A DNA stretch of 64,000 nucleotides from Thermoanaerobaculia bacterium (GCA_963719225.1 CAVRAY010000001.1:384001-448000), one strand, 5' to 3'; counted from the first letter of the stretch, positions 37,395 to 48,762 are shown. Made by a program: numbers and translations. Notes: generated by a model from the letters alone, not told the origin.

Positions 37395-39380
37395 GTGGCT
37401 CGACTTTCCCGTCATCCGAAGAGGCTCGCCGTCTTCGCCGCAGCGCCGCTCCTCGCCGCGGCCCTGCCCGCACAGGCTTCGAACCCGCCCGCGCCGGCAG
37501 CGGCTTCGAGGCCGCGCATCGTCCTCGTGGGCTGGGACGGCGCGGACTGGAAGCTGCTCGACCCGCTCCTCAAGGACGGGCGGCTTCCGAACCTCGCGGG
37601 AGTGATCGCGCGCGGAAGAACCTGGAGCTTCGCCACGTACCAGCCGATGGCTTCGCCGTTGATCTGGACCACGATCGCGACGGGGCGGACGCCGGTGGAC
37701 CACGGCGTGACGGACTTCCAGGAGCTGGATCTGAAGACCCGGGCGCGCCTCCCCATCTCCGGCCGGTCGCGCAGGGTGCCCGCGATCTGGAACCTGGCCT
37801 CCGCGAAGGGCCTGACGGTGGGCGTCGTCGGCTGGTGGGCGACGTGGCCGGCCGAGAATGTGAAAGGCTTCTTCGTCTCGGACCGTGCGGCGCCCGTGCT
37901 CTTCGATCCCGAGGCCCTCTCGAAGTCCCCCGGGCTCACGTGGCCGGAAGGTCTCGCCGACGGCGTGCGCCTCATCGGACGGCGCGAAGGCAACCCTTCG
38001 TTCGAAGACGTCGCCCAGGCGCTGCACGTTTCGCGCGCCGAGTTCGACGCGGCGGTCGCGGAGAAGAAGGACCTCTCCAACCCGATCACGGGCTATCGGA
38101 AGATCCTCGGCGTCACGCGCGTCATCGGGAAAGTCACCCTCGAGCTGTACGACCGCGGTGCCCCCGAGCTGTTGATGGTGTACTTCCAGGGGACCGACGA
38201 GATCGGCCACGTCCTCGGCCGCTACGATGCGCCGAAGCTGCCGGCGGTCTCCGAAGGGGAGTTCAGGAAGTACAAGGACGGCGTCGCCGCGTTCTACGCC
38301 GAGGCCGACCGCATCCTCGGAGAGCTGGCCCGACGCGCCCAGAACGACGGCGCGACGCTGATCCTCGTCTCGGACCACGGTTTCAAGCAGGGCTCCGACC
38401 GCCCCGCCCTCGCGTCCGGAACGAACTTCGACAGCGCTTTTCTCTGGCACGAGCAGCCGGGAGTCCTCGTCGCGGCGGGCCCCGCGGTGACGCCGTCTCG
38501 GGCGCGCGGAAAGGCGAACGTCTTCGACCTCACCCCCACGCTCTGCAGGATCCTCGGCTTGCCTCAGGATCCGGCCTTCGAGGGAAAGACCATCGCGGGC
38601 TTCCGGCTCCGGCCGGCCGTGGCGCGGGCGGCGTGGGCGAAGGCGGCGCCGGTCGAGCGCCTCGCCGTCGCGGTGAGCCCCGACGCCGACCGGAAATCCG
38701 CCGAGGAGTTCACGAAGCAGCTCATCTCGCTCGGCTACCTCACGGGCGCCGAAGCCTCGGCCGTGGACGCGCGCCCCGCCGACCGAACCGGAACCGAGAC
38801 CGCGGGCTCCTTTCAGAACGTCGGCACGTTCCTGCGCGAGCGCGGAAAGCCGGCGGAGGCGGTGACCTGGTATCGCAAGGCCCTCGAAGTGAACCCGAAG
38901 TCCGCGACGGCCTGGGTGAACCTTTCGACGGCGCTCCACCAGATCGGCCGCCACGACGAATCCGACGACGCGCTCGTGACGGCCGTCCAGAACGGCTATT
39001 TCGATCCCGAAGCGACGGTCTATCGCCGCGTGAAGCTCTACGCGGAGGGCCCGAAGAACCGGGAGCAGCGGCGGAGGCTGGTCTCTTTCATGCGCAAGGT
39101 GGTCGCAGCCTTTCCGCGCGACGACCGCTATCGCGCCTCGCTCGGGAAGGCGCTCTTCGAGGATCAGGATTGCGCGTCGGCGCAGCCGATCTTCGTGGAG
39201 CTCGCGGGAAGGACGCCCGTGGACCCGGACAACCTGAATCTCCTCGCGCTGACGAGCTGGTGCCTCGGGGAAACTTCCCGGGCCCAGGACGCTTTCAAGC
39301 GCTCGCTGGCGGTGAACCCGAATCAGCCGGTCGTCCGCGAGGGCCTCGCGACCCTTCAGAAGGGTCAGCCGCCGCGATGA
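37395..39380 (+). CDS. alkaline phosphatase/phosphodiesterase family protein with TPRs (copy 2)
   Basis: VGWDGADW, SPLIWTTIATG, TDEIGH, SDHGF and LISLGYL. GTG start inferred 8 nt after TAGAAT. Confidence 0.85.
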   Translation: MARLSRHPKRLAVFAAAPLLAAALPAQASNPPAPAAASRPRIVLVGWDGADWKLLDPLLKDGRLPNLAGVIARGRTWSFATYQPMASPLIWTTIATGRTPVDHGVTDFQELDLKTRARLPISGRSRRVPAIWNLASAKGLTVGVVGWWATWPAENVKGFFVSDRAAPVLFDPEALSKSPGLTWPEGLADGVRLIGRREGNPSFEDVAQALHVSRAEFDAAVAEKKDLSNPITGYRKILGVTRVIGKVTLELYDRGAPELLMVYFQGTDEIGHVLGRYDAPKLPAVSEGEFRKYKDGVAAFYAEADRILGELARRAQNDGATLILVSDHGFKQGSDRPALASGTNFDSAFLWHEQPGVLVAAGPAVTPSRARGKANVFDLTPTLCRILGLPQDPAFEGKTIAGFRLRPAVARAAWAKAAPVERLAVAVSPDADRKSAEEFTKQLISLGYLTGAEASAVDARPADRTGTETAGSFQNVGTFLRERGKPAEAVTWYRKALEVNPKSATAWVNLSTALHQIGRHDESDDALVTAVQNGYFDPEATVYRRVKLYAEGPKNREQRRRLVSFMRKVVAAFPRDDRYRASLGKALFEDQDCASAQPIFVELAGRTPVDPDNLNLLALTSWCLGETSRAQDAFKRSLAVNPNQPVVREGLATLQKGQPPR

Positions 39381-40321
39381 GCGTGCCGCACGTCCCCCGA
39401 AAGGTGTCCGTCGTCGTGCCGGTCTACAACGAGGAGGCGAACCTCCCGGAGCTTTTGCCGCGCCTTCTTCCCGTCCTCCGCGGCCTCGGCCGTCCCTTCG
39501 AGATCGTCTTCGCGGACGACGGCTCGCGCGACCGGTCGCTCGAGATTCTAAAGGCCGCCGCCGCCGCCCATCCGGGCCACGTGAAGGTCGTCGAGCTGGT
39601 GCGGAACGCGGGCCAGCACATGGCGATCCTCGCGGGCTTCACGGCGACGGACGGCGAGTACGTCCTCACGCTCGACGCCGATCTCCAGAATCCGCCCGAG
39701 GAGATCCCGAAGCTCGTGGACGCGATGGATCAGGGTCACGACGTCGTCGGGACGATCCGGCAGAACCGGCGGGACACGTTCTTCCGGCGCGTCGCGTCCC
39801 GACTCGTGAACCGCACGACGGCCGTGATCACCGGCATGCGCCTGAACGACTACGGCTGCATGCTGCGCGGATACCACCGCGACGTCGTGGACGTCATGTC
39901 GGCCTCGGACGAGGCCGCGACCTTCCTTCCCGCGCTCGCGCAGCAGTACGCCCGGCGGCCGATCGAGATCCCCGTGGCGCACGCCGAGCGCACGGCGGGC
40001 GAGTCGAAGTATTCTCTGTACAAGCTCGTGCGTCTGAACTTCGACCTCATGACCGGTTTTTCCGTCGTGCCGCTGCAGCTCTTCACGCTGTTCGGGTTCG
40101 TCACGGCCCTCTCGGGGTTCGGGTTCGGCGTCTTCCTGCTCCTGCGCCGGCTCGTGGGAGGCGCCGAGGCGGAGGGCGTCTTCACGCTCTTCGCGCTCGC
40201 CTTCGTCGTCATGGGCGTCCTCATGGCCGGGATCGGGATCGTGGGCGAGTACGTGGGTCGCATCTACCAGCAGGTGCGCGGTCGCCCGCGCTTCCTGATC
40301 CGGAAAGTCTGGGGGGCCTGA
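39377..40321 (+). CDS. arnC: undecaprenyl-phosphate Ara4FN transferase-like GT2
   Basis: [40 protein letters not shown] and GEYVGRIY. Confidence 0.82.
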   Translation: MSVPHVPRKVSVVVPVYNEEANLPELLPRLLPVLRGLGRPFEIVFADDGSRDRSLEILKAAAAAHPGHVKVVELVRNAGQHMAILAGFTATDGEYVLTLDADLQNPPEEIPKLVDAMDQGHDVVGTIRQNRRDTFFRRVASRLVNRTTAVITGMRLNDYGCMLRGYHRDVVDVMSASDEAATFLPALAQQYARRPIEIPVAHAERTAGESKYSLYKLVRLNFDLMTGFSVVPLQLFTLFGFVTALSGFGFGVFLLLRRLVGGAEAEGVFTLFALAFVVMGVLMAGIGIVGEYVGRIYQQVRGRPRFLIRKVWGA

Positions 40322-41235
40322 TGGGGGGAATTGTCGTCTGTGCTTACTCCGACGTCGGGTACAAGTGCCTGAAGACGCTCTTCGACGCCGGCGAGAGCGT
40401 GCGCGTCGTCTACACGCACGACGACATCCCGGGGGAGGAGCGCTGGTTCGACTCGGTGGCGGAGCTCGCGCGAGAGCATGGCATCGAGCCGCGGCGCGTC
40501 GCCGACCTGAACGACCCTCTCGACGAAAAGAGCATCCGCGCCGTGTCGCCGGATTTCCTGCTCTCCTTCTACTTCCGGAAGATGATTCCGGGACGCATCC
40601 TCGCCCTCGCGCGCCGCGGAGCTCTCAACATGCACGGCTCTCTCCTGCCCGCGTTCCGCGGCCGCTCGCCGGTGAATTGGGCGATTCTCAAGGGGGCGAC
40701 GGAGACCGGGGCCTCCCTCCACTACATGACCGAGAAGCCGGACGCCGGCGACCTCGTGGACCAGGAGAGCGTTCCTATCGGGCCCGAAGACGACGCCCTG
40801 GCCGTGTCGCGCCGGGTCGCGGACGCGGCCGCGCTCGTCCTCGCGCGGTCGCTTCCCCGCCTCAAGGCAGGCACTGCTGCGCGCATTCCGCTCGACCTCT
40901 CGAAGGGGTCCTATTTCGGCGGCCGCAAGCCCGAGGACGGTCTCATCGACTGGACACAGAGCGCGAAAGAGATCCACGACCTCGTCCGCGCCGTCACGAA
41001 GCCCTGGCCCGGCGCGTTCACGGACGTCTTCGGCAAGAAAGTCACGATCTGGAAGACGCGGCTCTCCCCCCACGGCGGACACGACGTCTTTTCGGGAAAA
41101 GTCGAGCTCACGGAGCGCTCCGTGATCGTCTTCGCGGGGGACGACCACACGGTCGAGATCGTGGCGGCGCGCCCGGAGGGCGGAGCGGATCTCGATGCCG
41201 CGGGATTCCACTCCTGGCTGTTGAGCAGCGTCTGA
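40321..41235 (+). CDS. formyltransferase (ArnA N-terminal domain as a separate protein)
   Basis: [31 protein letters not shown] and [13 protein letters not shown]. Confidence 0.85.
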   Translation: MGGIVVCAYSDVGYKCLKTLFDAGESVRVVYTHDDIPGEERWFDSVAELAREHGIEPRRVADLNDPLDEKSIRAVSPDFLLSFYFRKMIPGRILALARRGALNMHGSLLPAFRGRSPVNWAILKGATETGASLHYMTEKPDAGDLVDQESVPIGPEDDALAVSRRVADAAALVLARSLPRLKAGTAARIPLDLSKGSYFGGRKPEDGLIDWTQSAKEIHDLVRAVTKPWPGAFTDVFGKKVTIWKTRLSPHGGHDVFSGKVELTERSVIVFAGDDHTVEIVAARPEGGADLDAAGFHSWLLSSV

Positions 41236-42266
41236 TGAGAGTCCTGATCCTCGGCGTCAACGGCTTCATCGGGAACGCCCTCACGCGCCGCATCCTCACC
41301 GGCACGGACTGGGAGGTTTTCGGCCTCGACGTCGGAAGCGACCGCATCGAGGAGTTCCTGCCCGACAAGAGGTTCCGCTTCCTCGAGGGCGACATTTCGA
41401 TCAACCGCGAGTGGATCGAATACCACGTCAAGAAGTGCGACGTCGTGCTGCCGCTCGTCGCGATCGCGACTCCCGCGACGTACGTGAAGAACCCGCTGTC
41501 CGTCTTCGAGCTGGACTTCGAGGAGAACCTCCGGATCATCAAGATGGCGGGGAAGTACGGCAAGCGCGTCGTCTTTCCGTCCACGTCCGAGGTCTACGGG
41601 ATGTGCCCGGACAAGGAATTCGACGAGGACCGCTCGCCGCTCGTCTACGGGCCTATCGCGAAGCCCCGCTGGATCTACTCGGCCTCCAAGCAGCTCCTCG
41701 ACCGCGTCATCTCCGCGATGGGCGCCGCGCAGGGGCTGAAGTACACGCTCTTCCGCCCGTTCAACTGGTACGGCCCGCACCTCGACAACGTGGACGCGCC
41801 CAAGGAAGGCTCGAGCCGCGTCCTCACGCAGTTCCTGCACAACATCCTCTACGGCGTGCCCATCAAGCTCGTGGACGGCGGCGCGCAGCGGCGATGCTTC
41901 ACGTACATCGAGGACGGCATCGACGGGCTCATGACGATCCTCGAGAACCCGCGCGGAAAAGCCGACAGCCAGATCTTCAACCTCGGGAACCCCCGGGCCG
42001 ACCTGTCGATCGACGAGCTCGCGCACGCACTCATCGACACCGTGGCGACGTATCCGAAATTCGCCGCGGCCGCGAAGAAAACGCGGATCGTGAAAGTCTC
42101 GTCGAAGGAGTACTACGGCGAGGGCTATCAGGACATCACGACGCGCGTGCCGTCGGTCGCGAAGGCGAAGAAGCTCCTCGGGTGGACGCCGAAGACGGAC
42201 TTTCCGACGGGACTCCGGAAGACGCTCGACTTCTACCTCAAAGGCCGCAAGCCTCCCGTCGTTTGA
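41235..42266 (+). CDS. arnA: UDP-glucuronate oxidase/decarboxylase (ArnA C-terminal domain)
   Basis: [53 protein letters not shown] and YQDI. Confidence 0.88.
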   Translation: MRVLILGVNGFIGNALTRRILTGTDWEVFGLDVGSDRIEEFLPDKRFRFLEGDISINREWIEYHVKKCDVVLPLVAIATPATYVKNPLSVFELDFEENLRIIKMAGKYGKRVVFPSTSEVYGMCPDKEFDEDRSPLVYGPIAKPRWIYSASKQLLDRVISAMGAAQGLKYTLFRPFNWYGPHLDNVDAPKEGSSRVLTQFLHNILYGVPIKLVDGGAQRRCFTYIEDGIDGLMTILENPRGKADSQIFNLGNPRADLSIDELAHALIDTVATYPKFAAAAKKTRIVKVSSKEYYGEGYQDITTRVPSVAKAKKLLGWTPKTDFPTGLRKTLDFYLKGRKPPVV

Positions 42267-43279
42267 AGAAGCTCGCCCTCAAGGTCGACGTCGACACCTA
42301 CCGCGGGACGCTGGAAGGCGTGCCGCGTCTCGTGGACCTCTTCGAAAAGCACGGCGTCAAGGCGACGTTCTTCTTCTCGCTCGGACCCGACACGAGCGGC
42401 AAGGCGATCAAGCGCATCTTCCGGAAGGGCTTCGTGAAGAAGGTCCTCTCGGCGAGCCCGGCGGCGTCTTACGGCTTCCGCACGATGCTCTACGGGACGC
42501 TGCTTCCGGCGCCGGACATCGGCGGCCGCAAAGAAACCGTCGCCCGGATGCGCGAGGCCTCGGCCGCGGGACACGCCGTCGGCATCCACGCGTGGGACCA
42601 CATCGACTGGCACGACCGCCTGCCGGCGATGGCGAGGTCCGAGATCGAGGACGTCGTCGCGAAAGAACACGCGCGCTTCGCGGCGATCTTCGGGAAGCCC
42701 GCGTTGTTCCAGGCAGCTCCGGGATGGACCGCGACCCCGCTTTCCGTCGAAGTGCAGGAATCGCACGGCCTCCTCGCGACCTCGGACACGCGCGGCGGCG
42801 AGCCGTTCTTCGCGCTGCGCGCGGATGGCGTGCCGAGCAAGGTCCTCGAGATCCCTTCGACGCTGCCGACGCTGGATGAGCTCTTGGCCCTCTCGTTGCC
42901 TGGGGCCGGGACCCAGATTGAAAAGGCCTGCAAATTTCTTAGAAAGGGAATGAAGGGAGGCGCGTCGGCGGGGGGCGGCGGGGCAGAGTCTGCGGTGGCG
43001 GTGCCTGAGCAGACCGCGGCTCGAGAGCCCGTCGAAGTCCATTCGATTCACACGGAAATCGAGGGCGGCACCGCCTATTTCGCGCCCTTTACCGATTTGC
43101 TCGCCGCCTGGAGGAGCGACGGCGTGACCTTTCTTACCTTCGAAGAAATTTGCAGAACGCTGCTCCCCGCGGATACGCCTGCACGAAACGCTCGGGAGCA
43201 AATATCGATTCCTGTCAAGCGTCTCACCTTCACGATGCTCCCTGGACGCGCGCTGCCCGTCGCGACGGGAGTGGGATGA
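42263..43279 (+). CDS. arnD: Ara4FN-phosphoundecaprenol deformylase (polysaccharide deacetylase family)
   Basis: [37 protein letters not shown] and HTEIEG. Confidence 0.82.
   Translation: MKKLALKVDVDTYRGTLEGVPRLVDLFEKHGVKATFFFSLGPDTSGKAIKRIFRKGFVKKVLSASPAASYGFRTMLYGTLLPAPDIGGRKETVARMREASAAGHAVGIHAWDHIDWHDRLPAMARSEIEDVVAKEHARFAAIFGKPALFQAAPGWTATPLSVEVQESHGLLATSDTRGGEPFFALRADGVPSKVLEIPSTLPTLDELLALSLPGAGTQIEKACKFLRKGMKGGASAGGGGAESAVAVPEQTAAREPVEVHSIHTEIEGGTAYFAPFTDLLAAWRSDGVTFLTFEEICRTLLPADTPARNAREQISIPVKRLTFTMLPGRALPVATGVG
42935..42957 (+). repeat. intragenic TTTCTTAGAA motif, copy C
   Basis: TTTCTTAGAAAGGGAATGAAGGG. Confidence 0.7.
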
Positions 43280-43286
43280 TTCGCGC

Positions 43287-43745
43287 ATGAAGAGCCTCCA
43301 GGAGACCTACGCGCCCCAGAACCGCTGCTTCGGATGCGGCCCGACGAACGAGAAGGGGCTGCGCATTCGAAGCTTCGCCGAGGGCGACGAGTTCGTCGCC
43401 ACCTGGAAGCCCGAGCCGCACCACCTCGCCTTCGAAGGCATCGTGAACGGGGGCATCATCGGAGCGCTCCTGGATTGCCACAGCAACTGGGCCGCCGCGA
43501 TCCACCTCATGAAGAAGGCGGGGGCTGCGTCGCCGCCTTTCACGGTCACGGCGGAATTCCACGTCCACCTGATGCGCCCCACGCCCATGGACGAGCCGCT
43601 CCACCTGAAAGCGCGCGTGGTCGATTCCTCCGAGTCCTGGGCGGTCGTGGACGCGGAGATCGAGGCGGCCGGGAAAGTGACCGCGACGTGCAAGGGCACG
43701 TTCGTCGCCGTGCGCGAAGGCCACCCCGCGTTCCGGCGCTGGTAG
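43287..43745 (+). CDS. PaaI family (hotdog) thioesterase
   Basis: CFGCG..N..GL, NGGIIGALLDCH and VTAEF..RPTP. Confidence 0.85.
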   Translation: MKSLQETYAPQNRCFGCGPTNEKGLRIRSFAEGDEFVATWKPEPHHLAFEGIVNGGIIGALLDCHSNWAAAIHLMKKAGAASPPFTVTAEFHVHLMRPTPMDEPLHLKARVVDSSESWAVVDAEIEAAGKVTATCKGTFVAVREGHPAFRRW

Positions 43746-43755
43746 GACCCGTCCG

Positions 43756-46041
43756 TCAGGGTGCGAGGTCGAGGACGACGCGCGCGGACCCCGCCGGAAC
43801 CGGTACGCCGATGAGATGAAGGTCGGCGGCGAGAAGCGTGGCGCGGTGCCCGTTCACGGTGGCGACGGCTCGCGGCGTGAAGCTCCGATCCACGTGGAGG
43901 ATCGCGGGACGTGCGCCCGAGGTCTCGATCACGAGGCGGTCGGGCGCGTCTTCGAGGACGCGGGCCTCGGCGGAAGGATCGCGCCCTTCCGAGGCCAGCG
44001 CCGCGGCGTTTTTCCCGTAGACGACGACGTCGGTCTTCGGGTCGAAGTCGTCGCGCTCGAAAACGGAAACGGTCTCGGTGATCGAGCCCGCCGCCAGGAC
44101 ACGGCTCGAGCGCCTCACGCCGGGCAGGGGAGCAGTGAGCTTCCAGAGGGTCACCGGCACGCCGACGGACGCTTCGACGAAGACGGGCGTGAGGCCCGCT
44201 GTTTCGGCCGGCACGTCCGAGGCGATCACGGACGTCACCGCAGCCGCCCGAAGCCACTTCACGCGGCGCTCCCAGCTTCTCTGGCGCAGGACGTCCGAGG
44301 CGTAGCGCGTGAGGATCGTGTAGCTGCCGTCGGGGTCCGGGTCCCAGGCATACGCGAGACCGTGAGGCGCGCCGGAGAGGGCCCAAGCCTGACGAGTCTG
44401 CGCCAGAGCCAGATCGAGGAGGCCGTCGCTCTCGACGCGCCCGGCGGCGCCGCGGCGCACGGCGTCGAAATCCTTCGAGGCCCGCTCGAAGACGCGCCCT
44501 CCGAGAGCGGCGGCGCGCGCGACGAGCGGAGACGGCTTGTCGTAAAGGGACGCCGGAACGCGCGGAATCGTGGTCGGGGCGCCGGCGAGGAGCGAAAGCG
44601 CCGTCGCGCCGAGCAGGATGAGGCCGCCGCGCGCGTCGGCGGCCCCGCGCAGGAGGAGGAGCGCGACGAGGAGGAGCCCGGCGCCTGCAAGCGCCGCCTG
44701 ACCCGGCAGCCGATTCACGACGGGGGCGAGGACGATGCGCGGGTCCGATCTCCACGCCGGGTCCCAGCCCGAGAGAAGCACTCTCTCGACGCGAAGGGGA
44801 GCGAGGCGTCCCGCGATGGCGAGAGCCGCCATGAGACCGCCGAGCGCGAGGAGGACGCCCGCCGCACGCCGCCGGAAACGCGGCAGGACGCCTTCGACGA
44901 GAAGGCGGTCCGCGCCTCGCGCCGCGAGGGCCGCGAGCGCGAACGTGAAGAGAAGGAGCGCCTTGACGGGATAGCGCAGGACGTGGGCGGCAGGCACGGC
45001 CTCGTAAAGGGCGCGCATCCCCGGGAGCCACGGCGCGACGGAGGCGGCGAGCGCCACGGCTGCGGCGCCGATCCAGAAACGGCCCTCGCTCCGCCGCGCG
45101 GAGACGACGAAGACGGCGGCGAGCGCGAAAGGGACGACTCCGAAGGAGAGCGAAGCGTGGTACGGCGGGTTTCCCTGGGTCACCGCGAACCCCCAGAACG
45201 CTCCCGAGACGATTCGCGTGGGATCGCCGAAGAGCAGGGGGAACGGCGTCTCGAGGAGTCGGAGCGGATGGAACCCGACGGCGGCGAATTCGTTCCAGGA
45301 AAAACCTCTCGAGCGGCGCGCCGCGAAGGTCGACGCGCGCGCGACCTCGAAGAGCCACGGCGATACGAGAAGGGCCGCCGCGAACCCTCCTCCGAAAAGG
45401 GCGAAGAGGCCGCGTTTTCGCTCCTCGCCCGGCCCGCGGATCGCGAGGGCCAGAGCCAGAAGGAGGGCGAGGGCCGCGAGCGCGGGCTCGCCGCCGAGGA
45501 CGAGGAGCGCCGACGAGATCAAGGCGAGACCGCCCGCGCGCAGGAGGTCGGGCCGGCCCGCCGCGGTCCGCGCCCGTGCGACGGCGAAGAGCAGCCACGG
45601 CATCCAGGCGATCGTCGTCGTCGCGTTCAGGAACGCGGCCGAGGACAGGACGTAACCCGAGAGGCCGAACGCGAACGCCCCGGCCAGCGCCGCCTCCCTC
45701 GAACGGACCTCCGTGCCGAGGAAAAGGAACGTACCGAGGAGACCCAGGCCCAGGTGGAGGAGGAGATGAAGGCCGAGAAATCGCGGGCTCGCCGGAAAGG
45801 GATACGCGAGGAGGAGGTTCGGATTGCCCCGATACGCCTGCCCGAAGGACGCGTACGGATCGAGGCGCGCGCCGTCGAGGCTGGCGGCGAGCGCGCGGGC
45901 CGGCCGCTGCGTCGTCGCGATGTCGCGGTACGCGGGGGTCGTCCGGCCGGAGAGGAGATCCGCGTGTGTGAAGAGCGCGGCAACCACGAGGAGCGCTGCG
46001 GCCAGCGCCGCCGGAAAGAAAGAGGCGCGCCGGTCGCTCAC
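43756..46041 (-). CDS. YfhO-like multi-pass membrane protein (GT-C)
   Basis: N-terminal YRD loop, AFGLSGY, GGEP, RYP; C-terminal periplasmic domain (GVPVPAG..V.L). Confidence 0.7.
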   Translation of the reverse strand: MSDRRASFFPAALAAALLVVAALFTHADLLSGRTTPAYRDIATTQRPARALAASLDGARLDPYASFGQAYRGNPNLLLAYPFPASPRFLGLHLLLHLGLGLLGTFLFLGTEVRSREAALAGAFAFGLSGYVLSSAAFLNATTTIAWMPWLLFAVARARTAAGRPDLLRAGGLALISSALLVLGGEPALAALALLLALALAIRGPGEERKRGLFALFGGGFAAALLVSPWLFEVARASTFAARRSRGFSWNEFAAVGFHPLRLLETPFPLLFGDPTRIVSGAFWGFAVTQGNPPYHASLSFGVVPFALAAVFVVSARRSEGRFWIGAAAVALAASVAPWLPGMRALYEAVPAAHVLRYPVKALLLFTFALAALAARGADRLLVEGVLPRFRRRAAGVLLALGGLMAALAIAGRLAPLRVERVLLSGWDPAWRSDPRIVLAPVVNRLPGQAALAGAGLLLVALLLLRGAADARGGLILLGATALSLLAGAPTTIPRVPASLYDKPSPLVARAAALGGRVFERASKDFDAVRRGAAGRVESDGLLDLALAQTRQAWALSGAPHGLAYAWDPDPDGSYTILTRYASDVLRQRSWERRVKWLRAAAVTSVIASDVPAETAGLTPVFVEASVGVPVTLWKLTAPLPGVRRSSRVLAAGSITETVSVFERDDFDPKTDVVVYGKNAAALASEGRDPSAEARVLEDAPDRLVIETSGARPAILHVDRSFTPRAVATVNGHRATLLAADLHLIGVPVPAGSARVVLDLAP

Positions 46042-46781
46042 CGGAAGAGCGGGTCGTTCCGCCATCCCCACTTGACGGCCTTGAACCGGGCCATGACGCC
46101 GAGGATCGAGAAGCCGTACACGCACGAGTTCCAGAAGTCGATCTGCGAGGCCTCGTCGAAGTACCGCGTCACGATGGGGACCTCGCGGATGCGCATGTTC
46201 TTCCACATGCCCGCGGCGATGATCTCCGTGTCGAAGACGAAGCCGTCCGAGAAGGCTTCGAGGTTCACGCTCTCGAGATAGCGGCGGGAATAGGCGCGGA
46301 GGCCCGAGTGGTACTCGGTGAGGTAGAGGTAGAAGGTGGCGTTCTCGACGGCAGTCAGGAAGATGTTCGCGAGGTACTTCCATTTCGGCATCCCGCCCTC
46401 GAGCGGGCGCCCCCCGAGCATCCTGCTGCCGAACATCGCGTCTTCGTCGCCTCGCGCGATGGGGCCGATCAGGTCGGGGAGGACCGAGGCGTCGTACTGG
46501 TGATCGGGGTGCACCATGACGCAGATGTCCGCGCCCCGCTGGAGCGCTGTCGCGTAACAGGTCTTCTGGTTCGCGCCGTAGCCGCGGTTCTCGGCGTGCG
46601 TCACGACGTGGAGGCCCGGAATCGCGCGCGCGACCTCGACCGTGCGGTCCTTCGAGGCGTCGTCCACGAGGATGATGTCGTCCACCCAGTCCTTCGGGAT
46701 CTCGTTCCACGCCAGGTGCAGCGTCTTCTCGGCGTTGTAAGCGGGCATCACGACGGCCACCCGCTTTCCCTGAATCGGCAT
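46038..46781 (-). CDS. GT2 glycosyltransferase (polyprenol-phosphate glycosyltransferase-like)
   Basis: MPAYNAE, VDDASKD, NRGYGANQK, HPDHQY, GSR and EYHSGLRAY. Confidence 0.88.
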   Translation of the reverse strand: MPIQGKRVAVVMPAYNAEKTLHLAWNEIPKDWVDDIILVDDASKDRTVEVARAIPGLHVVTHAENRGYGANQKTCYATALQRGADICVMVHPDHQYDASVLPDLIGPIARGDEDAMFGSRMLGGRPLEGGMPKWKYLANIFLTAVENATFYLYLTEYHSGLRAYSRRYLESVNLEAFSDGFVFDTEIIAAGMWKNMRIREVPIVTRYFDEASQIDFWNSCVYGFSILGVMARFKAVKWGWRNDPLFR

Positions 46782-46793
46782 CTCCGAGGGATT

Positions 46794-48712
46794 CTAGGGT
46801 GCGGCCGCCTCGCGCACGCGAAAGACCCGGAACCGCGGCTGGAAGCTGCCGTCGGCGCGGCGCGTCCCGGTCTTCGAATCGAGTACCCGCTCGAGAAACG
46901 GCGCCGGGTTCGGAGAATCCGACTCGTGCACCCGCCTCGCGAACATCCGCGCCGTCGGCGTGGGCGGGCGGCCGGCGGCGGCCGCGTAGGCGGGAAGGAG
47001 CGGCGCGAGGTCCGTCGTGACGAGATAGCGGCACTTCGCCGCGGAGAGGATCGCGAGAGCTTCGGCGTCGTCCGTCGCCGTGAAGAGGCGGCATTGCCGG
47101 CGCCAGCCATAGACGAACGGGTCCGCAGCGGACGGCCGCTCGGCGATCGCCGTCACGAAGTGCCCCGCGGACCAGGGAGGCATGACGCCCGGGATCGCGC
47201 CCGGAGCGGGAGGCGGCACGACCGACGGTTCCACCGGCGGCGGATCGAGAACGCGCAGCCGTGCGAAGAGGTCCAGCACGTCGTAGCCGGGTGCGTCCGC
47301 GAAGGCGCGCGCCCGCGCGAGATAGGGGAGGCCGGGCAGGACGACGAGACAGACGGCGAGGGCGATCGGCACAGCGGTACGAGCGCGCGGGGGAGCTGCC
47401 GCGGCGCGACGCGCCCAAGGAGCTCGGCGAGCGCGAGCGCGGCGAAGATCGCGAGGTAATAGACGTTGCGCTGCTGAAAGAGGGCCATCGCGAAAACGGC
47501 GGCCGCGAAGAAGGCGAGAAGGAGGCGGGCGGCGCCTCGCGGCGGCATCGGCCGCCGAAGCGACGCCCGGAGCCACACGAGCGCCGCGAGCGGCACGAGG
47601 AGGAAGCCCGGAGACACCTCGCGCACGGCGCGCTCCAAGGAGCTCCACCCCCGTATGAGCGGCTGACACTCGGCGACGAGCCGCAGAAACTCGGGCGGAT
47701 AGGAAAGGAAGCCGCCTTCCGCGAAGTCACCGGACCCCGCTCCCGCCCCTCCCTTGAAGACGTACGCCCCGCCGTGAAAGACCGAGTCGAGGACGCGCCG
47801 CGCGTTGGGCAGCGCGACCGCGAGGCCGAGGGCCGTGAGAAGCCCCCACAGCGCGCGGCGCCGGAGCGTCGGCGCGCGCGCCGCCGCGAGCGCGAGAAGC
47901 GGCACGGTGGCGCCCGCGAGGAGGAGAGGCTGGAACCAGCCGAAGGAGACGAACGAGAAAGGCATGGGCTCCGCGGGAAGGGTCGCGGCGGCCCCGAGGG
48001 CGACGAGCGCCGTGGCGACGAGGCCCGCCACGGCCGCGGCCTCGCCGAGCGCGAGCGCGGCCCACAGGAACGAGAGGCCGGCGACGAACACGGCGCCCTG
48101 CCACGTGAGGACGGCCAGGGCGATCGCGGCTCCGAAGGGAACGGCCCGCAGGAATCGCGCGTCGCCGCGGGCGGAGGCGGCCCACGCGCCGGCCGCGAGG
48201 ACGAGGAGGAGGTTCAAAGCCTCGGCCACGTGATGGTCGAAATGCCCGAAGCCTCCCCAGAGCACGGCCGCGGGGAGCGCGACGTAGGCGGCCGTCGCGA
48301 TCCGGGCGCGCCGCCGGCCGAACGAGCGCCTCGCCACGGCGAAGAGCGGCAGGATCTGGAGCGCGCCCAGGAGCGCGGGAAGGGTCGCCGCGACCGTGAG
48401 GACTTGTTCCGTCGTCGCCCCGCGTCCGAAGAGAAGGCGCGCCGCGCCGCCCGCGACGAGATCGAACGCCGGTGGCCAGATGAAGACGCCGCCTTCGGGG
48501 TGGTTCAGGTACGGATCGCGATACGGGACGCGGGGGAAGTTCCGGGCGACGGAGACGGTCCGTCTGAGGTGCCCGTAGCAGTCCGGCGACAGGAGGCGAA
48601 AGCCGCGGGAGGTCGCTGCCGGAAAGGGCGCGAGGCGCAGCGCGAGCGCGGCGAGGAACATGCACCACACGAATCGCCCGTCCCGCGAGATGCGTCCGGA
48701 GCGCGCGCTCAC
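46794..48712 (-). pseudogene. AglB/STT3-like oligosaccharyltransferase, frameshifted near 47370-47430 (or sequencing error)
   Basis: [22 protein letters not shown] and GHFDHHVAE in ORF 47153-48712. The last TM and the periplasmic domain with PPWSAGH (WWDYG-equivalent) continue in another frame to 46794. Confidence 0.7.
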
Positions 48713-48762
48713 TCCCGAGAGCGTAGCAGGGCGCCGGGCAACCCTCCCCCTACAATCGCCGG

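Noticed and set aside
41232-41237. TGA between the two arnA halves as a possible readthrough or selenocysteine codon
   Set aside because: The halves are in different frames with a TGATG coupling; an ordinary split gene fits better.
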